From the NCBI GenBank assembly GCA_964035545.1, contig OZ037765.1, positions 6,272,698 to 6,336,697 of the forward strand: 64,000 nt of DNA. The letters are read 5' to 3'. Made by a program: the position numbers and the translations under genes. This document shows positions 1-7,815 of the stretch, in pieces (positions within the stretch are counted from its first letter, which is position 1; the number at the start of each line of letters is the position of its first letter). The notes under the pieces were generated by a model. The model saw nothing but the letters and a program-made list of their open reading frames with translations. It was not told where the DNA came from and made no database searches. The DNA comes from Bugula neritina (Eukaryota > Animalia > Bryozoa).

Positions 1-522
1 TCAGTATTATAATTACTGTTGCGTATATTTTGAATGCCGTAATTGTAGCTAAGTTGCACTAGCTTTCTAATGCCTTATTATTGTGATTAAGCTTTCAGTA
101 TAATGTAATTTTCATTAAATACGCATTTCCAGAGTTATTTTCCCTTTTTGCTATTTCATCGTTTTGCATTAATACTGATACTGGAAATTTGTGTAGCTTT
201 TATGAATGCCTTCAATAGGTTGTTATTATAGCTAAATTCTTGGCCTATTGAATTATTCATTCTCCTTTGTCTATTTTTCTTTTGTTACTGTCAAGCTTAA
301 CTTTCTTTTGTCTGTTGGAACATTCTAGATGTGAATTCTTGTGTATAAAAGCAGGCGAGTTTCCAGTGTAGCTTCAGACTACTACTGGAGCTCGCTGGTA
401 GTAGGACCACATGAGCTGTATCTGATACAATAAAGGTTATCCTCATTTGTACTCAAATACTTGGCTTATTCTTTCTAGAGCATGTAGGCACTAGTTGCAT
501 TCAGAACCCACAGTTTACTACA
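1..522 (+). repeat. 5' LTR (partial)
   Basis: Matches 6785-7306 with no mismatch seen by eye; ends in TTTACTACA; TATAAAA at 344-350; AATAAA at 429-434. Confidence 0.97.
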
Positions 523-523
523 T

Positions 524-542
524 TGGTGGCAGCGGTGGGATT
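524..542 (+). promoter_or_regulatory. Primer binding site complementary to tRNA-Leu 3' end
   Basis: TGGTGGCAGCGGTGGGATT begins 1 nt after the LTR; it is the reverse complement of AATCCCACCGCTGCCA-CCA, the 3' end of animal tRNA-Leu(AAG/TAG) as recalled. Confidence 0.88.
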
Positions 543-572
543 TTCGAATAACTAGTTGCCGAGCGGCGCGCA

Positions 573-1478
573 ATGGCCCCAGGGGACTCAGCCCCTGAGG
601 CAGCAACACCACCAGCCCTCACGGTTGAGGCGCTGGTCACAGCCCTCCAGGGATTGCGGGGTCAAGGACAGGCATCACCTGGTGACAGGTATCGCCTCCA
701 GCCCCCGAATTTCGGAGGAGAAGGAGACGTAGAGCAATTCATCAGGGAGTTCCAGGATGTGGCCACCATCGCTGAATGGCCAGTACGGGTGCGCATCCTC
801 CAACTCCGGGCCTGTCTGACAGGCCGGGCCAAGAGCTTTGCTCTTGGGCCTGATGAAGAGCACATCATGCGGGCTCTCAGAGCCCGGTTCGGCCTATCAG
901 CCGAAGAAGCAGCTGATCGTTTGCAGATAATGAGGAGAGACCGGAAGACTCCTCTGGAAGATCACGCTAACGAGGTAGAGCGCCTGGCTCAGGCTGCTTT
1001 CGGTCATGCCACTGGCGACGACCGAAAGCGCCTCGTTTATAACGCGTTCTTCCGGAGCGTGAATCACCCGAACCTGCAGCGACACTGGCTGGCCGCCAAG
1101 GTCAACAGTATAGAGGAAGCGCTGGAAATGGGGAAGGCTTACTTCCAGGTGGAAGAGCCTAGGCGACCGAGCTATACAGCCCGCCAAGTGGTCGAGGAGC
1201 ATGAGGAGACCACCCCACTTCCAACTCCACAGGTAGCAGCAGCTGCAACTAAATCACCCGAGCAGACGCAGCTCACCATGTTAATGGACATGATGAAAGG
1301 CCTGCAGGCTACGGTGACGAAGTTGCAGAACGAACAGGCGGATAGGCGGGCTCCCCGTTCACGGGACAACCCTGTCCGCCCATCTCTGCTAATCTGTTGG
1401 GGGTGCGGGGCGCAAGGGCACGTGAGGAGGCACTGCCCTAGAGGCCAAGGGCCTTTAAACACCCAAGGCTCACGGTAA
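573..1478 (+). CDS. gag: Gag (capsid-like region plus CCHC zinc knuckle)
   Basis: 301-aa ORF just after the PBS; retrotransposon-gag-like PPNFGG...QFIREF...W...LRACLTGRA; CWGCGAQGHVRRHC knuckle. Confidence 0.95.
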   Translation: MAPGDSAPEAATPPALTVEALVTALQGLRGQGQASPGDRYRLQPPNFGGEGDVEQFIREFQDVATIAEWPVRVRILQLRACLTGRAKSFALGPDEEHIMRALRARFGLSAEEAADRLQIMRRDRKTPLEDHANEVERLAQAAFGHATGDDRKRLVYNAFFRSVNHPNLQRHWLAAKVNSIEEALEMGKAYFQVEEPRRPSYTARQVVEEHEETTPLPTPQVAAAATKSPEQTQLTMLMDMMKGLQATVTKLQNEQADRRAPRSRDNPVRPSLLICWGCGAQGHVRRHCPRGQGPLNTQGSR

Positions 1479-1498
1479 CTTCCGCCAACCGTGGGCCT
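1454..1498 (+). promoter_or_regulatory. Programmed -1 ribosomal frameshift signal (slippery heptamer plus stem-loop)
   Basis: T TTA AAC in gag frame (1454-1460); 5-nt spacer; 11-bp stem AGGCTCACGGT (1466-1476)/ACCGTGGGCCT (1488-1498) with one G:U pair; pol is in the -1 frame. Confidence 0.88.
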
Positions 1499-4400
1499 CA
1501 CGCCAATCCCATCCGGGATAGGACTCGAAGAGGAGAAGAAGAGACCTCCACAGGGTCTGCCGATACCGAGTGGCAGAGGCCACGGAGACCTCGGAGACCG
1601 CAAGGTCTACCCGATCCTCCGACCGTGTCACTCGAGACCCGGATGCAGCTAGAAGAAGCAGGATGGCAGGCACCTCGGAGATCTCGGAGACCGCAAGGTC
1701 TGCCCGATCCTCCGGCCTGGCCACTCCAGAACCGGTTCGCGGGGTTGCCCGAGGAGGTTGTGGAGGAGGTTTCAGCTTACTCGCAAGAGTACCCCAAGCT
1801 ACCCTCCCGACCTCAGAAAACCCCCGTTGTCTCTAAGACGAAGAGGAGGCCCGCTGTGCGGACCCAAGTTGTGTCTCCCCCAGAGACTGACCGCTCCAGG
1901 AGCACCCAGCCGTATGGAAGCAGCTACTTCCTGCCCGGAAAGATTTTGGGTAAAGCTGCCACATTCCTACTGGATACTGGGTGCACTACCAACCTGCTGA
2001 GTAGGCGTCTCTTTGACACTCTTGGTGCACGAGAGCGGGCGAGCCTCGAGCCGTATGAAGGTGCGCATGGTACGTTGGCGGACGGATCATGCATTCCTTT
2101 CTACGGCGTCATTTCACTACCTGGACGCGTCCGTGATCAAGCAATTCACGAGACGTTCATAGTCAGCCAGCTGAAGGAGGACGCCATCCTGGGAATGCCG
2201 TTTCTGGAGAAACACCAGTGTCACATGGATTTCCAGAAGTCAGTGGTGGTGATGGCTGGGAAGGAGCTTGTCTGCGTCGACAAGTTCGGAAGGCCCTTGG
2301 TGGGCGGAGTCCAGGTAGTGCGGGACTGCACGGTTCCGGGGAGATCCCAGGCGACTCTTCGCTGCAGAGTCAACTGCAAGGGGATCGCCGGCCTGGGGGT
2401 GGTTGAGGGAACGCACGGAGCGATCCGACTAGCAAACAGCCTGAATCGGCTAGATTGTCGGCAGGAGCTCCTCGTGCAGTGCATCAACCCCTTCACGGAA
2501 CCTGTCCGATTATCGGCTGGAGCGCTGGTGGGGAAGTACCACTCCATCCAGGAAGCGGATGTGGGTCCGGCACTGGAGACAGTGGCCGACACCCAGGGGA
2601 ACCCCCCTCACACCAGACGAGGAGCAGTCCCAGAGCATATGGCTGACCTATATGATGGAGCGTGTGGAAACTGTACAAGTAGTACTGAACGCCAAGTACT
2701 GGCTCAACTACTTGCGGAGTACAGTGATGTCTTCAGTCGTGGCGATGGAGACATGGGGCTGACCAAGGTCATCTCCCACGAGATACCCCTGGCAGCCGGC
2801 ACCACTCCCATCAGGCAGCCTACCCGGCGTCTAGGCCCGGAGAAGGAGAAGGAGGTGAGCCGACAGGTACAGGATCTTCTCGACCGGGATCTGATTGAGC
2901 CTGCCCACGGTGCGTGGAGCTCTCCAGTAGTCCTGGTCAAGAAGAAGGATGGTAGCTGGAGATTCTGCGTGGACTACCGCAGACTCAACAGTGTTACCAT
3001 CCAGGACGCCTACCCTCTCCCACGGATAGATGAGTCTCTAGATGCCCTCGCGGGTAGCAAGTACTTCAGTACTTTGGATCTGCTTAGCGGGTACTGGCAA
3101 GTACCCCTCAGTCCTGATGCCCAGGATAAAGCAGCATTCATCACCCGCGACGGGCTCTGGAAGTGGAAAGTACTGCCATTTGGATTAACGTCCGCCCCGG
3201 CAACTTTCCAACGGCTCATGGAGCAGGTCCTCAGTGGGTTACACTGGAAGACCCTCCTCATCTATCTGGACGACGTCATTGTCATCTCCCCAGACTTCTC
3301 GACCCATGTCAGTCGTCTGCGGGAGGTCTTTGACCGTCTCCGGGCAGCTGGACTGAAGCTAAAGCCCTCCAAGTGTGCACTCCTGCAGCCGGAAGTCACG
3401 TACCTTGGCCATGTGGTTGGCCGTGACGGGGTCGCTACCGACCCGGAGAAGGTACAGGCTGTGAAGGAGTGGACTGTCCCCCGTGACCTCCCTGAGTTGC
3501 GCGCGTTCCTGGGCCTAGTAGGGTACTACCGGCAGTACATACCTGGCTTCGCAGGAGTGGCTCAGCCGTTAAATCGGCTGACTGCAAAGGGGGTCCGGTG
3601 GCAGTGGACACAGGAGGAGCAGCAGGCATTTGACCACCTCAAGCAGCGGCTAATGGAGGCGCCAATTCTGGCGTATCCTGACCCAGCCCAAGAGTACATC
3701 CTGGACACTGACGCCAGCGACCACAGCGTGGGAGCTGTCCTGTCTCAAGTTCAGGGTGGAAGTGAGGTGGTCGTAGCTTACTACAGCAAGACTCTCGCGG
3801 CCGCCGAGAAGAACTACTGCACCACTAGGAAGGAACTCCTAGCAGTAGTCAAGGCGGTCAAGCACTTTCGGCCATATCTGTATGGGAGAACGTTCCGTTT
3901 GCGAACAGACCATGCATCACTGATATGGCTGTGTAAACGTGCAGAGCCCTCGAGCCAGGTGGCTCGTTGGCTAGAGATTCTTGCCGAGTTCTCTTACCGG
4001 ATAGAACACCGTGCTGGCCGGAAGCACGGGAACGCTGACGGCATGAGCCGCCGGCCGGTAGGAGACTGTAAGCAGTGCCTGCACATTGAGAAGCGGGACG
4101 GGGGACCCGCTCGCCTTGACGTGGAAACAGAGTTAGGGGAGGGCGCCGTCTATCGGTGGGAGCACGGCCATCTTCGGACCGAAACCCACTCAGACGACGT
4201 CCAGGCGCTCCACGCCAACCCCACTCTGTACCAGAATGTCAAGGAGCTGTGCCGACTCCAGGAGACGCTACCCGGCGCGGTAGCGGACATTTTCCGGGCC
4301 AAGAAGGAGGGCCGACGACCTAGCGAGGAACAGCAGCGGCAGGGAGACGTTGAGTTCCAACTCCTCTGTCGTCGCTGGGATGCCCTCAAGGTCAGTCCTG

Positions 4401-6553
4401 ATGGCCTCCTGATGATAACGTTAGCAGCAGACAACCGTCAGCAAGAGAGGGACCGCGTCGTCTGTTCACGCGCCCTCCGACGGGAACTGATCTGGGACAC
4501 CCATAAGCAGGCTCATTCTGGAGTCAGTCGGGTCATCAGGTGTCTGCGGCTGCGTTGGTATTGGCCCGGAATGACTCGGGACGTACGACTGCGGGTACGG
4601 CAATGCGAGGTCTGCCAAGCTAGCAAGCATGGCCGCCCCACGGAAACCACTGGTCGACGCCGGCTATACGCTGGTCGACCGTGGCAAGTAGTGGCGGTAG
4701 ACCTCGTCGGGCCTATGCCGTTATCCGCCAGAGGGAACACCTGGATACTGGTGCTCACGGACCACTTTACCCGGTGGGCAGATGCTCTGGCTATTCCAGA
4801 CGCAACAGCCCCCACGGTGGCCCGGACCCTGGACCAACATGTGTTCTGTTACCTCGGTTTACCCGAGCAGATACATACGGACCAGGGTGCCCAGTTCCAG
4901 TCCCAGCTCATGGGAGACCTCTGCCGGATATGGGGGGTGAACCAGAGTCGGACCACCCCATATCACCCGCAAGGGAACGGAGTCGTCGAGCGGAACAACA
5001 GGATGTTGGGTGACGCCCTCAGGAGCCTGCTCCTTGGTCGAGGTCAGGAAGAATGGGACGTGGTGCTGCCGCAAATCATGCGGGCTTACCGCAGCACACC
5101 ACACTCCGCCACGCAGGAGACCCCAAACTTCCTGATGCTAGGCCGAGAGACGCGGGTTCCGGAACACCTGACATACCATGTTCCTGCCCCCGAGTCACCG
5201 GTACACGAATATGTGGAGGGTCTGATAGACATCATGGGCAAAGCTCATGATGCACTGCGTACCCAGCAGTGGCAGACCCGCACAGAGGACTCGGAAGAGC
5301 CCCCGTTGTACCAAGTGGGAGACTGGGTCTGGATGGTGAGCTACCGTAGGCGACGCGGACAGTCGGCTAAACTTCAGCCCAAGTTCGTCGGTCCCTACTG
5401 TGTAGTGGAGGTGCTGCCCAACCACACATACCGTGTGGAGCGCTCTGGACAGGTCTCGGTCCAGAGCGAGCAGCGCCTGAAGCCTTACCATGCCAGCCCA
5501 GACGCAGTGGGTGAGGCTCCACCCCTCCTGGAGCCCCACCGCCAGCCCAACCGTCGAGGACGGGCCACCCAGCCCCGAGAGGTGGAAATTGTGGTTCCCA
5601 GAGAGTCGGACCAGGAGCAGGCCGCCTTGATAGAGCAGCTGGAGCGACAGCAGAGAGAAGAGCGGGAACAGGAACAGCGGGAAGCCCTAGGACCACCACC
5701 CTCCCTGGGGGAGGACACCCCCACCCCCGTGTTGGGTGAAGGCGGGGACCCCCCTACTAGGGTAGCCCAGGAGCCACCAACACCACAGGTGCCTGTTCCA
5801 ATTGAGAGGAGCCAGCGGTCAAGAAGACCCCCCAGGTATCTGGCAGACTATGCTGTAGGGCACCTGGAGTGGCCCCCTCATGAAGACAACCCACCCAGTA
5901 CGGACGACCACCCCATCTTGGCTGGAAATTCCCTCCATCACCCTGGAGAATTCCACCAAGAAGAAGATTTCACACAGCTAGCACGTGAGTTACAGCTCAA
6001 GTTGAATTCTAATCCTGATACCCCTAAGTATAATTTAAACACTGTTATTCAGACACTAGCATCAGCTATGGGAGTTACCTCGCCAGATACCCAAACAGAG
6101 GAGCGTAAGGATACCGAGGAGGCCAGTCGATCCGACTCCCCTCCCCCACCAGCTCCTGTTTCGGCTCCCCGCAGCCAGCAGTACGACACCCCCTCTTCCG
6201 AGGTGTGTTCCGCCAGCGTTAGTGGCCCTGACCCCGAACCGGTTGAGCTCCAGCTCATAGCTGGGGAGGAGCAGGGCACTCTATACGGCGACCACCTCGC
6301 AGGCAGAGACGAAGAGGACTCTCCAATACTGGCAATGCCTCGGGCCCTGGTCGCCCGCCAGTATTGGATATCTGGAGCACCAGGCAACCAGATAGAAGAA
6401 CAGACTCAGCCAACCCACCCACAATTGCCCCGTCACGGGCAGAGTATGGCACTTCCTTACCGAGAGTGCGTCCTGGATAGCGCAATCGAGGCCTGGTCCC
6501 ATATCCTCGATCCAAGTACAGAAGAGATAGAAAGCCTGGTGCACCACCTCTAA
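1454..6553 (+). CDS. pol: Pol polyprotein (aspartic protease, RT, RNase H, integrase, long C-terminal extension), entered by -1 frameshift
   Basis: Motifs FLLDTGC, WRFCVDYRRLN, YLDD, LDTDAS, H-x3-H...CEVC, VDLVGP/TDQG/VERNN, GPY. The ORF track starts at GTG 1625, but the frame is open back to the TTTAAAC at 1454. Confidence 0.96.
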   Translation, partial: FKHPRLTVTSANRGPHANPIRDRTRRGEEETSTGSADTEWQRPRRPRRPQGLPDPPTVSLETRMQLEEAGWQAPRRSRRPQGLPDPPAWPLQNRFAGLPEEVVEEVSAYSQEYPKLPSRPQKTPVVSKTKRRPAVRTQVVSPPETDRSRSTQPYGSSYFLPGKILGKAATFLLDTGCTTNLLSRRLFDTLGARERASLEPYEGAHGTLADGSCIPFYGVISLPGRVRDQAIHETFIVSQLKEDAILGMPFLEKHQCHMDFQKSVVVMAGKELVCVDKFGRPLVGGVQVVRDCTVPGRSQATLRCRVNCKGIAGLGVVEGTHGAIRLANSLNRLDCRQELLVQCINPFTEPVRLSAGALVGKYHSIQEADVGPALETVADTQGNPPHTRRGAVPEHMADLYDGACGNCTSSTERQVLAQLLAEYSDVFSRGDGDMGLTKVISHEIPLAAGTTPIRQPTRRLGPEKEKEVSRQVQDLLDRDLIEPAHGAWSSPVVLVKKKDGSWRFCVDYRRLNSVTIQDAYPLPRIDESLDALAGSKYFSTLDLLSGYWQVPLSPDAQDKAAFITRDGLWKWKVLPFGLTSAPATFQRLMEQVLSGLHWKTLLIYLDDVIVISPDFSTHVSRLREVFDRLRAAGLKLKPSKCALLQPEVTYLGHVVGRDGVATDPEKVQAVKEWTVPRDLPELRAFLGLVGYYRQYIPGFAGVAQPLNRLTAKGVRWQWTQEEQQAFDHLKQRLMEAPILAYPDPAQEYILDTDASDHSVGAVLSQVQGGSEVVVAYYSKTLAAAEKNYCTTRKELLAVVKAVKHFRPYLYGRTFRLRTDHASLIWLCKRAEPSSQVARWLEILAEFSYRIEHRAGRKHGNADGMSRRPVGDCKQCLHIEKRDGGPARLDVETELGEGAVYRWEHGHLRTETHSDDVQALHANPTLYQNVKELCRLQETLPGAVADIFRAKKEGRRPSEEQQRQGDVEFQLLCRRWDALKVSPDGLLMITLAADNRQQERDRVVCSRALRRELIWDTHKQAHSGVSRVIRCLRLRWYWPGMTRDVRLRVRQCEVCQASKHGRPTETTGRRRLYAGRPWQVVAVDLVGPMPLSARGNTWILVLTDHFTRWADALAIPDATAPTVARTLDQHVFCYLGLPEQIHTDQGAQFQSQLMGDLCRIWGVNQSRTTPYHPQGNGVVERNNRMLGDALRSLLLGRGQEEWDVVLPQIMRAYRSTPHSATQETPNFLMLGRETRVPEHLTYHVPAPESPVHEYVEGLIDIMGKAHDALRTQQWQTRTEDSEEPPLYQVGDWVWMVSYRRRRGQSAKLQPKFVGPYCVVEVLPNHTYRVERSGQVSVQSEQRLKPYHASPDAVGEAPPLLEPHRQPNRRGRATQPREVEIVVPRESDQEQAALIEQLERQQREEREQEQREALGPPPSLGEDTPTPVLGEGGDPPTRVAQEPPTPQVPVPIERSQRSRRPPRYLADYAVGHLEWPPHEDNPPSTDDHPILAGNSLHHPGEFHQEEDFTQLARELQLKLNSNPDTPKYNLNTVIQTLASAMGVTSPDTQTEERKDTEEASRSDSPPPPAPVSAPRSQQYDTPSSEVCSASVSGPDPEPVELQLIAGEEQGTLYGDHLAGRDEEDSPILAMPRALVARQYWISGAPGNQIEEQTQPTHPQLPRHGQSMALPYRECVLDSAIEAWSHILDPSTEEIESLVHHL

Positions 6554-6729
6554 TGATAAAACCGGACAACCAGGGGCCGCTGGCAATAGCCAACTGAGCT
6601 GTAAATGTTCTCGTGTTACGTGTGATTAATCATAATACCTTCCTGTTAACCGCATATTTTTCTACGTTTGTGTTTCATTTTTTTTGTGTGGAATCATTGT
6701 TTTGTTATCGAAAAGGGATGCTTTTCGAT

Positions 6730-6739
6730 GGGGGGAGAA
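6730..6739 (+). promoter_or_regulatory. Polypurine tract
   Basis: GGGGGGAGAA immediately before the TG that starts the 3' LTR. Confidence 0.9.
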
Positions 6740-7306
6740 TGTGATAGATTCTCATCCTCTACTGTTCTCAAGTAACTGCGTGTGTCAGTATTATAATTAC
6801 TGTTGCGTATATTTTGAATGCCGTAATTGTAGCTAAGTTGCACTAGCTTTCTAATGCCTTATTATTGTGATTAAGCTTTCAGTATAATGTAATTTTCATT
6901 AAATACGCATTTCCAGAGTTATTTTCCCTTTTTGCTATTTCATCGTTTTGCATTAATACTGATACTGGAAATTTGTGTAGCTTTTATGAATGCCTTCAAT
7001 AGGTTGTTATTATAGCTAAATTCTTGGCCTATTGAATTATTCATTCTCCTTTGTCTATTTTTCTTTTGTTACTGTCAAGCTTAACTTTCTTTTGTCTGTT
7101 GGAACATTCTAGATGTGAATTCTTGTGTATAAAAGCAGGCGAGTTTCCAGTGTAGCTTCAGACTACTACTGGAGCTCGCTGGTAGTAGGACCACATGAGC
7201 TGTATCTGATACAATAAAGGTTATCCTCATTTGTACTCAAATACTTGGCTTATTCTTTCTAGAGCATGTAGGCACTAGTTGCATTCAGAACCCACAGTTT
7301 ACTACA
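6740..7306 (+). repeat. 3' LTR (567 bp)
   Basis: TGTGATAG...TTTACTACA termini, directly after the PPT, identical to the visible part of the 5' LTR. Confidence 0.97.
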
Positions 7307-7815
7307 ATATTTAGGTTCATTAAAATTGCGAAAGTTTCATTCACCAAAACAGTCTAGTTAGCTTTCACACAGAATTAATGCTATGCCTAATGGGCGTAAT
7401 GGTATTTGCCATTTGGTTATGAGTATGAGTAACACTAACACTAACCAGTAACTCAAACTGTAGTCAGTAATGACAAACTGAAAAATGTTTACAGTTTCAA
7501 TTTTTAAGTCATAAATCTTAAATAACCAAAATCTAACAAAAACTAGCCAAGTCCAGTGCTTGTGCTCAGTGGGCGGTGGTAATTCACTTTCAGATTAGAG
7601 TGGCAACGGACGAGTCTGAATTTCAGTCGACTTACAGTTAGTGTTACCCGGAACAAGTGTGATGTGCCTGTAACGTTGTAATTCTTTTGTAATAGATGAT
7701 AAATTTTCATCTAGTAGCACTACTCCAAGTTCTAGTAGTAGTACTAGTAGCCATACTCTAAAAGTAAATCGTAATGCTCGGGGTTGCCGGAAATGGAACT
7801 TTCAACGTTGCTGTA

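Larger units (their letters stand above)
1..7306 (+). mobile_element. Ty3/Gypsy LTR retrotransposon, apparently full-length and intact (first ~45 bp of 5' LTR lie outside the window)
   Basis: Direct repeats 1-522 and 6785-7306; PBS at 524; PPT at 6730; gag with CCHC knuckle; pol in PR-RT-RH-IN order (Gypsy order). Followed by ATAT (7307-7310), a candidate 4-bp TSD; the left copy is not visible. Confidence 0.98.

Noticed and set aside
662-6593. Numerous short overlapping or antisense ORFs inside the retrotransposon
   Set aside because: Expected shadows of GC-rich coding sequence; no motifs, and none resembles env.
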